A stretch of DNA of 57,075 nucleotides, filler included, from Sphacelaria rigidula (Eukaryota): assembly GCA_964200075.2 (NCBI GenBank). It is 8 parts of 8 records of this genome, joined end to end, with 100 filler letters (N's around TTAATTAATTAA, not from the genome) between each part and the next. Parts side by side here need not be neighbours in the genome. Positions count along the whole stretch, not along the records: positions 7,148 to 14,194 come from CAXNAA020016768.1; positions 14,295 to 21,341 come from CAXNAA020016769.1; positions 21,442 to 28,488 come from CAXNAA020016770.1; 5 more parts are not named here. One strand, 5' to 3'. Under the pieces are notes generated by a model. It was not told where the DNA came from, ran no database searches, and was given only the letters and a program-made list of their open reading frames with translations. Positions 12,328 through 24,700 of the stretch are shown piece after piece. The stretch's first letter is position 1. Each line of letters opens with the position of its first letter. The translations under genes were made by a program, and so were the position numbers.

Positions 12328-14299
12328 TACGATGCAAGTTTTTCTGCTTGAGTTCTGTTGACTGCGCGCCTTTTTCGCCTTTTTTCCTCTTGTGCTGTAT
12401 CAACTCGGTGGTCAGTGCGGAAGGTCAACAGCGCAGCTCAGTCTGTACGCATTTTGAAACGTAGCATGGAGTGTTTTGGGTGGTATTTGGGTTTACGAGT
12501 TGCCTCCTTACACAGACTTTACGCCGCAGTATTCTGTTGGTCACATAGGGCGTCCCCTGTTGGCGCATTTCACTGAGGGTATCTCTTCACATCGCTACGA
12601 CGGCAACACACGCTGCAAAAACGACCGGAAAATGTTATGGCAGGTGGACTTGCGGCGGTCATATTACATCACATTATTCTCTGAGTGGTGCTCGATTTAC
12701 AGTCTAAAAGCAGCACTGTAAACGTATCGCCCTCGCCACTGTAATCAACAAACTGCAACGGTAATTAACAAACAGCCGGAAGCGTGGACTAAGATAGACC
12801 AACTTGAAGTTGGTATGAAACACGGAGAGATTGTAAAAGTGCTTCTTTTGGGCATACGGTTTCACGATGGACTTCACCGCAAAAACTCGGCCAAAAAGAT
12901 GCGGATCGTCGCCATGGTTGAAGCTCCAACCGTTTGTATCAACTCATTTGCTTCATCATGAGTTACATATCAAACGACTGTGGACAAAGCTGGTTGTACT
13001 CGTGGAATGCCGACCATGAGTTCATCGCACTCTGGATCACCTCAATATGTCTCTGGCAGCTGCTGGCAGCTACATCCGCCGATTGAGTACGACTGCCTAC
13101 GGACATGTCGCATGTTCGAACAACAGACCGTCGGTACCATTATTCAGGCCATCGAGATCAGTTGCGTTCCGGTTAGGGAGTGACGGGATGTTGTCTTGGG
13201 TTTAGAATACATCTGCTGAGATGGGCTCTAGATCTTACTTTGCAGCACAATGCAGTCTTCGCTACAGAAAGCAAGGCTGGGGAGCGTAGCGTCCCCGGAA
13301 AGCTCATAACTTCACGTGTCTATCGCATCCTAGATCCACGTTCTAGCGTGCTCCGACAGTCACATGCATTGGCTGGAAAATGAGGTGCCAAGGTCACCAT
13401 CGAGTTCTGAGCGCCGGAGAAAACACTGCACACACTTGGTGTACAGTATTCTAGCCTAGCACCTGTGAATTCGAGGTGGTCACTTCTAGTGTCGGCCGGC
13501 TTCTGGCGCGATATTCAAAATCAGTGTGGAAGGGCAGCATGAAATATACTGTCAGAACCACCCAAGGGTGGGTAGGGTAGGGTAGGGCAACCACGTGATA
13601 CCGAATATCTCCAGCAGTGGGTATCCTCGATCTCCCGGGGGGTTCGGAATAATGATTGATTCGGCAGTCAATACCCTGAGCACCCTGAAATACTGCATAT
13701 TCTTGGCAGTCGATACCCTTGGCGCCTTGGAATACACAATTTTCCGGTCGTTAACTCCCTCGGTACCCTGGAGTACTGAGGCCGCATCTTAGCAAATTAT
13801 TGTTCGATCGAAAACGTGCGGCGCAAAAAACAAGTTCCAGTGTGATGGGTCGTCATCCATATCCACATCATTTATGTTGGCACGAGCTGGGCCAGCCAAG
13901 AGTAGGCGTGAACCTCGCTCACGCGACGCACGGCGCGATATTAGGAGTTGGACGCTAAAATTTTGACAGCAGCTTTTTATGATCAAAATGCAGAAGATCA
14001 CGGGTCCAGCAAATAAAAAATAAAAAATCAAGGAAGTTATGGGGATTCGAAATTTCGGAAGAAACTAGATAATGCCTCAAGTCCAGGAACAAAAAAAGAC
14101 AATCTTCAGCTGGACTCGTGAAGTATCAGATCCTTGGCTGCAGAAGGTCTTCCCAAAATCTCAGCTGAAGACTCGTCGAATTGGGCCGTGCGTTNNNNNN
14201 NNNNNNNNNNNNNNNNNNNNNNNNNNNNNNNNNNNNNNTTAATTAATTAANNNNNNNNNNNNNNNNNNNNNNNNNNNNNNNNNNNNNNNNNNNNATTAG

Positions 14300-14750
14300 T
14301 CCGATCTCGCGAATCCGTGGTCCAAGACGTGGGCTCGCATCTCCAATACCGTTCCTGCTATTCCTTGCAAGACACATTACCAAAAATAGGTGACCGTAAA
14401 ATACAGCTCAAGTCGAGCGATAACTTTTTCTTTCGCCACATCTCTGTGCTGGCTTTATCGCATTACGTCCGCCGCCACGCCCCAGTGGTGGTGCGACAAC
14501 TGGCACACCCATGGTCAGTGAAGAGGAACGCTTGCTGATTCGAATCCCGGTTGGTCTTCATATGTATATTCGAGCAAACCCTGGTTGTCCGTCGTTGAGA
14601 TAGATCATGAGGACGCCCATTTCGGGATGTAGTAGTGCTGGCCATAGCTTGAACACGCGATGCTCAGGAATGTACCAGGGGTGATGTGGGCTGATCCCTT
14701 GAGAAAGAGGACTCATCCCGAGCGAGGAGAGATTTTCATGGTATGACGGA
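14300..14750 (-). pseudogene. Possible degenerate pogo/Tigger (DDE_1) transposase fragment
   Basis: MASTTTSRNG...QAFLFTDHGCAS resembles the DDE_1 'S.NGW' and 'LL..D.H.SH' blocks and is similar to ~20330-20370. Heavily disrupted. Confidence 0.25.
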
Positions 14751-16390
14751 TGTATGAACACACATATAACTCTTGTATGTATATATCACATAGCACCCTT
14801 TCTACCCATACTCTCCGTCTTCGGGACGCGCGTGTGGCCTCGAGGGAGCAAGCCATCTATCTATCTCGCCCTCTTGCCCGGTACAAGCTTTGCGAGTTGG
14901 TATCCCGGTTGGATCATTGCTGCCACACCGCGTCGATCTTCGTTAAACACACTCTTCTTGCTTCCCGCCTATGTCCTCCTCATCATTTCAATGACGGAAA
15001 TCAGACGCCTTGTTTTATAACGCCAAAATGCATCTGCTTGGAATCGGGAGCCCGAACGGTTCGGATCCGATGGTGTGAGGTGTGCCATTAGGCCACCAGG
15101 GCCCGGCGGTTATATACGTTCACAAGGGTAGTAAAACCAAATTCGCTATGGACCCCAACACCACGTTTTTTCATTTTCTGCGCTCCAGGGGGGAGTTGGG
15201 TCTTGGATATAAAATGGACTTGTAATATAACATTGTTTTCATGAAATTGAGAGTAGAGGATACGATTGAGAGTGAATATCGGTCAATTAGTGAATGAATC
15301 GTTTCAGTTCCGATTTTTTTCCTCCATGAAGCCCAACATGCTTTCTGTAGTAGCTTGCCACAGAGGCCCTTGATATCCCTGAGTAGGATATCGACGCGTA
15401 GCTGTAAGCACACGCCAGTGATAGGGGCAACGAGAAATACACAAAGAAAAACGATTGGCTAAGTTGGAGCGAGTGATCAGAGCCACTCTTCATAAGCGCT
15501 TTACTCTCAATCTCACAAAAAAAGTTGATATATGTGGCACGGACTCGAACAAGTCCTCAGAGGTGCACAGCGTACTGTTCAACACACTCGAAGCGAAAAC
15601 ACAGTTTGGTTTCGAAAGTGGTGCCTATTGGTCAATACACGCAGCAGACACGGATAAAAAGACAGAAGCCGGTGAAAGTAAAAAAAAAAAGGAGAATGAA
15701 GGAGAATGAATATGGTGGGCGTGTCTAGAAGTTGTGCGAAGCAAAAGCCCCCAGTTTCCCTCGGCTCATTACTTGGTACATTTCACACTCGAGAAAACTC
15801 CCAGCTTGTTCTCAGTACCTATATCTGACCAGGATAATGTTCCTCTCACTTGCTATATTCACAAATACCAGTCCCTTTTCCTTTCCTGCCTTCCTTGAAC
15901 GGAGAATCCGACAGACCTATTCGATCACAATTGATCATTTTTTCCCCATTAAAATGATAGTTTCCCACAAATTTCTACGGATATTTCCTACTCGCATGTG
16001 GCTACACTGCCCTGTCACTTATTTTTCCCATTTCGCTGAACGGGTATTCCGCAAATTAGCTATTCCTGAAACTTATTCCTAAAACGTTACAGGAATGATA
16101 CAAGGCTACATCGAACCGTTCATACAGGTGATACTGAGCGCTACACTACTCGTCAATTTATATCCAGATACTACGGCTTGCGTAATGATCAATCACTGGC
16201 CATGACTGTGTTTACTGTTTTCAGCTATGACAAGCACAACTCTCTTAGTCAGCCCAATTTTGCTTTATTCTATGTATTCTTCGCGTGATTACACTTGCGA
16301 CGAAAGATTGAATGATTCCATGTTGAGAGGTTTCCCTGAATGCCACAGAGGTATGAAGCTAGTTCCACACTACTTAATTCCTATAAGAAA

Positions 16391-16690
16391 CGAAATACTT
16401 GATTTTGGACTAGCTGAGGCAAGTTCCTTGAACTAAGAATTGGCGAACCAAGTCACTTGATTTTAGAACAGCGGAGGAATGTAACTTGAACTAAGCGTGG
16501 TGAATTTAGTTACTCGGACTTGGGCTAGTCGAGGAAATTTACTCGAACTGAGTGTGGGTAAACCAAGTCACTTGCTTTTAGACTAGCTGGGGGCAAGTTA
16601 CTTGAAGTGAGTATGCGAGAACCACTTCTCCTGGGTTTAGGCTACCTAAGGCATGTTACTTGAAGAATATACGTGAGCCACGTCACTTGG
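16391..16690. repeat. Degenerate tandem array, ~29-bp period (~58-bp dimer), palindromic core CAAGTNACTTG
   Basis: The core or variants start at ~16391, 16420, 16449, 16478, 16506, 16535, 16564, 16594, 16623, 16652 and 16679. Confidence 0.85.
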
Positions 16691-17227
16691 GGTTGCTCAA
16701 GGTGTCGGATTCCTGTCAGGTGTCGTTTCCAGAGCCAGTCCATGGAGGAAGGTGAGGCCCACAGTCCACACAAGACAACAGAGACAGCGGGTAGTTTCCG
16801 CTCTGGTAGACTTTGGTTTCGGTGGCACTGAGTTGATGGACCGATTTAGTGGATCTGAACAAGAATTCTGCTTTCGAGGTCTCACGCATTACACCCATGA
16901 TTGTAATGCTCTGCTATATCGGCAATAGTTAGTCCACACGATCACTGCGATATAGCAAGCTGTTTGGCCTCGTTTCCAATAACTGCATCCATGCAAGCAC
17001 GCAATTTTACTGTGCCACACTTTCCTCGTAGATGCTGTAACGCGATGTGATGCGTCACAATCGAACGACCACTGAGCGTTGCACCTTGTCAAGATAGATA
17101 GATAGAGCCACCCAAACAAGTTGTCAAGTCGTAAAAATCGTCCACAGGTAACAGGGAAAAAAAGTTGAGACTGAAAAAAGCACCCCAAGAACTATTTTTC
17201 GACCCGCCAGGGTGGGGGGTATCAGGG

Positions 17228-17425
17228 TGTAATGTGTGGGAGGACCGCGTGCTCTTTGGACCGGCTCGGAATTAAAACTCCCCTATGGTATTAGGTTTAG
17301 GTTTAGGGAAGGTTAGGGGCGCGGTCCCTACAGGAACTGGCTCAAGCGGTCTTGAAAAACGTCGATAGTGAGGTGTTCAAATTTTGATGCGGTCCAAAAA
17401 GCACGCGGTCCACCCAGGAATTACA
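17228..17425. mobile_element. Inverted-repeat-bounded element with internal telomere-like repeats
   Basis: ~36-bp imperfect IR (17228-17263 / 17390-17425) enclosing TTAGGTTTAGGTTTAGGGAAGGTTAGGG. Confidence 0.65.
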
Positions 17426-18341
17426 ATGACCCGGGGCGATTTTGTTTCGTTACTCCTGATATGAGGACCGACGCCCGGATGGGCGGGGTGACTCGTGTGC
17501 AGAGTCGAGCTAGGGGACATTGTAGGAGGTTTGGTCGGTGCGGGACACTTGTGTTTTTATTTCCCAAGCCCGACACTACCTGGGTGGGGGGGGTACTTCC
17601 CACCTTGGTGCCTATCCATACATTCGCCAGACACGTCTACCTTCGGGTACTCATGCCTCGCGGGTGGAGCGACTAGGAACGCTGCACGAAACTAAAAGTA
17701 GCGAAGTGCATGGTTTAAGGTTTCTTCCTGTCCTCTGGGGACAAAACAAAAACTCTTGATATCTGGGTCCATCATACCGAGATATAGTTTGTGCATATGT
17801 AGTACATATCTGCTGCTGTGCGCAATACCTTCACGGTGTGCTGCAAACCTCTCGTCCTGGCGGAACTTCTACTTTTTATTCCGTTGTACGCATTTGGGAT
17901 GTTAACCCCCAGGGGCCCAAAGTTTACTCATGTACAGACAGTAACCGGATGTAGGCTTTCTCTACCCTTCCGTCGCGCCTCCGCCCTCCACCCCCTGTGT
18001 TTATCCGTTGATTCGTTTGCGTTCTCATGCCGAGCGAATTTAATGCAGCTTGGAATTATTTTTTTGTTTTTTCCTTGTTGCTGTGGTGTCGTTTAATTGC
18101 ATCCATCTTCTGTTGAATTCCGCCTCTAAGGTTTATACCCTTATTGACGCCGAAGATACATGGTATTCGTTGTGTTCAGTTAGTTTCGATACCCGCCCCT
18201 CCCCCCCCCCCCCCCCCCCCCCCCCCTTTTTTGTTTTTGTTCGCTTTGTTTCGCTTTGACGGTCGTGGTCGCCGTGGCGGTCGTCACCATCGCCTTCGTT
18301 TTGGCTGTCGCTCGGTCGATGTGGTCGATCACCGAACGCCG

Positions 18342-18372
<31 letters not shown>

Positions 18373-18399
18373 GGACAGGTGTTTCGTGGTTCAAGCTGG

Positions 18400-20700
18400 T
18401 GGTTGCGGTTGCCTTCATTCCCATCTGGCTTGTTTGCATGATCTTGTTGTTCCGCGCCCGGAATGTCTTCGAGATTCGCGCAAGGTTGGTTGGTTTTTCA
18501 TGTTTTGTCCCGTTTTCTTACCCCGTGCGGACGGACGGCCGTCCCGTAACTAGAATGGGCTCGGCACCACAGCGGATGTGGAGTACGTCTGTCTAGCTAG
18601 GAACGTCCTGCTTCTCACGCACGTGTAATGCAACGGTAAAAATACGCGTTCCACACAAGACTCGAAGAAGAGCAGTGCACCAACGCGCAAATAGACTCTG
18701 GCCGCATCGCATGGATGGGTTTCATGTAACTGCTGTTAATACCGTAGCTAGTAAAACAAGTCCTGTCGAGTGGTTTGACATACTATCGGCTTCTCCACGA
18801 GTGCCTCTCTCCAGTAGCGGTAGTGTAAGCTTCCAATATACATATGGCCTCTCGTCCGTTGCGATTATTTCCTGTCAATCGGCAGAGGTTTTCTTTATTG
18901 AGGGGTGTTCCGCGCTCGCTAATGTTGTTGATGATGTCTTCGACATCCATCGCGTCGACGGCACGTTCGTACCTTGCTGTTCAAATCGGGAGTTCTTCCC
19001 CTCTGCTTAGGAAGAAACCCTTTTGACAGGCAACTGTGCTGGAGCTGCTTGTTTCAGTATATTCTACCGCAGTTTGGCGAAAATCAGCGATGTTTGAATA
19101 TATACATTTGATTCAAGTGTACAGCGTTATAACAGGACCTTTGCCCGGCAGACAGTCCCAAGCTCTTGCCCAGTGTGCGCGCAGCATCGTCACCTGAGGA
19201 TCCGATTGGAGCTAAAAGTAAAGGCACACTTTGCCTAGGGCACTGTACGCACAGCACTCCTTGTCCGAGAATTCTCGCATCTGCATGGGGATGGGCTTCG
19301 GGTTACGAAACCTTAGAGGCGAGATATTGTTTGGCGAAAACGAAAGTATCCGGCAACAACTACATATTTGTTCGCTCAACTGAGGTGAACTTGCCTCAGT
19401 ATTTCGAGAGTAATGATGATCTATGACGACTATAATGTGACCACGGCTGGACCCCTGGGGGGGCAGTTAAAGTGTGACAATCAATCAGATCAATCAGATC
19501 AATCGAATAAATCAGATACATCAGATACATCAGATCGAGATTAGATCAATAAAATCAATCAGATACATCAATGCCAATCAAAATCAATCAAAATCAATTC
19601 ATGCTTCCATATCGCAGCATTTCTCCCTTTGGGAGCTCCAACATTGCAGTACTTCCAAGGCGAGTGTACGCAACTTCGTCCTTGAAATAATTCGTGGTTG
19701 ACGCACATTGGAGCTGCAAAGCCCCTGAGTGCAACTCAACTCAACGCAACGCGAAAAGCCTCGGGCAAGGTGGGTGCAGCGGGTGCCGTAGCCAAAAGCG
19801 TGCGTCAGCAGAGTTCGAATCGGTACCACAGGCGTCGATTTGAAACACAACTTGTGATGCACTGCACACACGCTAGGCGAGCACCTGAAGGTCGTAGCCC
19901 TCTAAAAATCCGAACACCATTGTCCACGCTAAAACCTGCCATGTTTTCAATCGTGGGTTTGCGACGGCTTGGGGGTATACTCCACCGCATTCTCCGCGCA
20001 CCCCGTTTTCCCGATATCTGAAGGGATTTTCTTCCATTTTTCATTTTTTCGGCCAGACATCAAGACCGCTCTCGGCGTTTATTCATTACTATTTCCTCTC
20101 ATACTTTTCACTGCACGTTTGGATTTAGGGTGCAGATAGTAGTGTTGGACCATCTCTCACGGAGAACAAATTCAAGTAGTTCGGTTCATTTGTTTCAGAT
20201 GTTTCGAGGTGTTTAGTCTCCACAGGATCGGAATATCAGACTCCATGCCCCTGCGGGAGACTCCTGGTGGGCTGAGATACACTTGGAGCAACCTTTCGTG
20301 TGTGCCCGTGCGATTCGTTTGTAGTCCGCGTTCAACTTCCCATTTCGTGATATCGTGCTGGCCATGACCCGTGGGTATGCCGTGGCTTTGGTCTGCACCT
20401 GCGGGGGGGTGATGTTAAGTGGACGTAATACATATCAGCAGTGTATTGGTGTCAGTTCCAACTAGGCAATAACCGGGGGCGCAGTCCCCAGCGGCGGCGA
20501 ATCCGGTTGTTGCGCTGAGCCCCCCCGTCATCCGCCCGGCTGGTCAGGGCGCCTTGGCGGAGACAAAAGCATGCCATTTGACGCCATCTCTCCTCAACGT
20601 CGCAGTGTGCTCTAGCCCGTGATGAGTAACGGCGCTCCGAGCACCCAAATTGGCAAACATATGCACGGCAAATGGAGAGTAACATTCAACCTCGTCACTG
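18400..20700 (-). pseudogene. Possible degenerate pogo/Tigger-like (DDE_1) transposase relic
   Basis: Fragments in the expected order: SATTGFAAAGDCAPG (~20480), ISRNGKLNADY (~20350), KPLDRTCF (~18765; QPLD-like). Many stops and frameshifts; motif resemblance only. Confidence 0.3.
19478..19600. repeat. Low-complexity (ATCAA/ATCAG)n repeat
   Basis: Seen directly. Confidence 0.85.
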
Positions 20701-21523
20701 GAAGGACAAAACTTGAGAGGAAAAAAGATGCAAACGTAGCGCACCGCGCGTGCCCTGATCAAGAAGGACCGGCTTGCGCTAGAATGCGACACGATTTGGC
20801 AACATTGTTTCTCTGAGTCACAGGATCGCTGCCTGCAGCACGGCTTGCTGCGGGACCGTTTGAAATCTGGTTCCCTTCCCCGCCTAACGTGCTCATGTCC
20901 CCGCCGTCGCTGCCAATACTTGAGCTGCACTGCTGACTGCTGCTCCTACCTTTCGAGTTGTGTATGACCTTTGAGTCTACGAGCGTTTCGCGCGCGTTAT
21001 CAATGAACTCCCAAAGTGACTGCTCGAGTATTTACAAATGCATGATAAATACTGATCGGAGGACGAACCACTGTGATCAACGAACGCTATGGAGGATGTT
21101 ACATGTCCGGAGAGACAAGGAATCAACTGGAAGGGAAACCGGGGTCGGCTATGCTCTCATGCTCACTGATTGAGTCTGGCAAGTGACATTGGCAGCCAGC
21201 TTTCAAACTGTGCATATATTCATCGTCCCCCCCACCTCATCATGATAGGTGGGTAGATATTCCCCCCAGTGAGGCAGTGTAAAAGCCGTGGCTGTCTCTG
21301 GAAGTGGCGATACCACAGAACAGAGCAACTCATTGTAGGCTNNNNNNNNNNNNNNNNNNNNNNNNNNNNNNNNNNNNNNNNNNNNTTAATTAATTAANNN
21401 NNNNNNNNNNNNNNNNNNNNNNNNNNNNNNNNNNNNNNNNNGAGTCAGTCTGGGATATAGGTCGGCGATCTTGGGGGCAGCTGGGGGGGTGCCGTCGGGC
21501 TTGTGGTGGGCGGCGGGGGGGGG

Positions 21524-21740
21524 CGTACTCATTTGTTGCTGGCCTTAGTCGTTCGACCATTGATCACGCATCCCTTCCGAGACGGAGCACCATTCCTACT
21601 CCTACTAGGGAGACCTCCAACATTTAAGCGCCCATTACGCTTCTCCCACACAGAGAACTTTTGCATATCTTGTCCCCATCTTCTTTCGCCGTTTGTGGCC
21701 ACCACATCCACCATATATCTCCTAGTATAGCCACTTTCGT
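21524..21740 (-). mobile_element. LINE family A 5'-truncated copy in an ISWI intron, G-runs on both sides
   Basis: Homologous to 7420-7636; flanked by G-runs 21515-21523 and 21743-21756. Confidence 0.8.
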
Positions 21741-21765
21741 CAGGGGGGGGGGGGGGTTGACTCAC

Positions 21766-24700
21766 CATGGAGGCGATCAGTGGCAGCTTGCTTTTATTCC
21801 TCCCGTATGTCCCGAGGCCTTCCACGAATTTGGTGTAGTCGGGTCGTATCCAGTCGCCGAAACCCTCAGCTATGAGGTCCACCCTTTCCTTCACCTCGTC
21901 CTCGGGCAGCAGCATCACAGAAAGCTCCTCGATTGTTTCCGGGATCTCCGCTTTAGTGTCCTGAGCGGTGATGTGAAGTAGTAGCAACAGTGCGTGCGTG
22001 CGTGCGGGCGGGCGAGCATGCGTTTTTTGTTCATTAGTATTGTTTCTTATTCATCAATCACGGCGAAAAAAATCGGTTGGCGGAAAAAACATGGAAACAC
22101 TCATATACCCAAAGCATCATGAAAAAATATTTGCATGCAATTGAAAAAAAACATACGATGCGGATAGATATTCATATACATACCAGTACACATCATGTGG
22201 ATGTATTCACCTAAACCGTTTTCTTGTCGGTAATCTGCAAGCTCTTTTTTTTGCTCCCGACACGAACATCGATTTCAAAAAGGGGTACTTCTACGTGCAC
22301 TGGCAAAAATAAAAACAACGACCACCACCGCCACCACCACTACAATGACGACCACAATGGACCATGACCGTGACAATAGATCACAGCGAAAATAACACCA
22401 ATACCAACGAGGAAACAAAAATACGGTCTCGCCGAATTCCATCAAGGAAAAAAAAGGGAACACCTTCAGCTCCTTGAACTCGTCTTGCAGCTTCTCCTGA
22501 AGGTAAACGATCCTCTCGCGATCGAACAGGTGGTAATCCCTCATCACCGGCGCTTCCAGCTCCTTGGGCAATTTCACCGCGATTTTCTTCGGCTCTGGTG
22601 GTGTATGTCAAGCATCATGTTCAATTTTTCATTCATTTCTCGCACGTAGATAAACGCACGTTGTACGTTGAGGATATGCCATGTACAACAACACAACGCA
22701 GGAATCTTGCAAGGCGTATGCATTTACGCGTATACATACGTACGCACGCAAGCACGTGCGTATGTATGTTCGGACGTATTCATTTATGAATGTACGTATG
22801 TGCGTACGTACGTACGTACACATGTACTACTTGAATACACACGTGCGTATTATACGCGTATTATACACGTATGCACGCGAATATTTCCATGTATCCAATC
22901 AAACACCTCCTCATCATTCAACCGTCCATCTAGACAAGGCAAAGGTTAAAGACGTACGTAGAGGATCACTTCATTCATGCGAGACAGCCAAGCAAACCAG
23001 TCAACCTGATCAACCATCATACGCGCAACGACATATTTTAGTACAATACTATCATGACCAACACTCGTTTGTTGTGTCGCACTGTTATGTTCGTATGCAT
23101 GACATGCACGTTGTACAAACAAAAGCAGTACACATACCGACAATAAAAATCACTCACTCGTCTTTGGAAGTGCGGAACGAGGAACGACTGTTCATCAATC
23201 CCACAGCGCATCGTGTCCGCGCCATGCACGGTGCATCGAGAAGTAAAAGCAGTACGCACGTACATGGATGCACACGCAAAAAACAAATGAAGAACAAACA
23301 AAAATGGACGACGGGGGCGGGGGTAAGGGGAATAGGAGACAAGGGGTACAAGGAAGGAGAGTAGCAGAGTCAGCCAAGTTGGCGGGGGGAGAAAAGAGAA
23401 AATAGCAAACGAATATGTGGACCATGATGACGGGGGGGGGGGGGGGGGGGGGAATGTGGTCGACGTGCAACTTGTCAACAGTGCAAGAACGACACTATAT
23501 TTTGACTACACAGTAGTCCACAATTGGAGAGCGTAAATTATGACAGGAGGTAGGGAGGGAGGTGGTATCCTTCGTCACCGCGAGCACTTTGCTGCTTCGG
23601 GATCTCATGGGCAGTGTTGTCATAACCCACGCATCTTCCCCGTTGGCTTACTCAACAATCACTACGGTTTCGAAATGTCATGGACAAATAATAATGACAC
23701 ATTGCCTGTTGGGCATGACCCGAAATTTTTCAATGAACGAGATACGGCCGTATCAAAAGCAACAACACTCCTCCTGCGGCGGCGGACTGGCTGCCTACCT
23801 CCGGGCGCTGTGTGTCCATACTTTAGTTATAAAATCTGGGTTCGTTTGGGTATGTATATAAGAGTAGAGCGGAGCACACACAGATTGATAGTCGTAAGAT
23901 AAGTCCGAGATAGAGAAATCTTTGTCTCTTCTTCGGGATCACACAGCTACTATAGCAAGTTGATGGTCGTGGGGCATGACCTCTCGCGGTTCACATCTCG
24001 GGGATGGGATTTTCAGACAGCTATTATAGCAAGTTGATGGCCGTGGGAAATGACCTCTTGCTGCTGCCATCTAGGGGATCGGACTTTCCTCCAGGACCAG
24101 ACAGCCATTATAGCAAGTTGATGGTCACGGGACATGACCTCTCGCGGATACTATTTAACGGACCAAATTTTCCTTCGAGACCAGTCAGCTATTACAGCAC
24201 GTTTATGGTCATGGGGCATGACCTCTCGTGGATGTTAACTCGGGGACCGGACCTCGAATACGGAACCATAGGAACGTCAGGAACATGCTCTCCGCGAAAG
24301 TACCGAAACAAATAGATGAAAAAAAAAGAACAGACGACAGCAGACCTTACACATCGTTCAGCTGAAAAGTAACATCTTACCTTCGAACAGTGGAGAACTG
24401 AAGTATATATCACAGTAAGTCATTCGACAAAAGCTAACCGTCAGAAGTACAACGACAAGTGAAACGACAAGTACAACCACCACCGCCACAAAGGTGATCT
24501 GTATCGCAGATCTGTTCACTCCCCTCTCTCTTGTCTGCTATCGCGTTGTTCCTGGCGTATTATTTTCTCCATTAATACATTTTCTGTAAAGTGAGGAGAC
24601 GTTTTCTTCTTCTCTTCTCTACGGCCCATTTTTGTTTTTTTTCGGCAGCTCTATTCTCACCGACGCGTGGAGCGGGCGGTTGGTACGCCAACACCGCCGC

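Noticed and set aside
17291-17318. True telomere
   Set aside because: It is short, degenerate, internal and enclosed by inverted repeats.
22681-23364. 227-aa ORF
   Set aside because: It runs through TACG/CA low-complexity intronic sequence antisense to ISWI.
23943-24268. CRISPR array
   Set aside because: The putative spacers are homologous to each other, the repeats are degenerate, there are no cas genes, and it lies in a eukaryotic intron.
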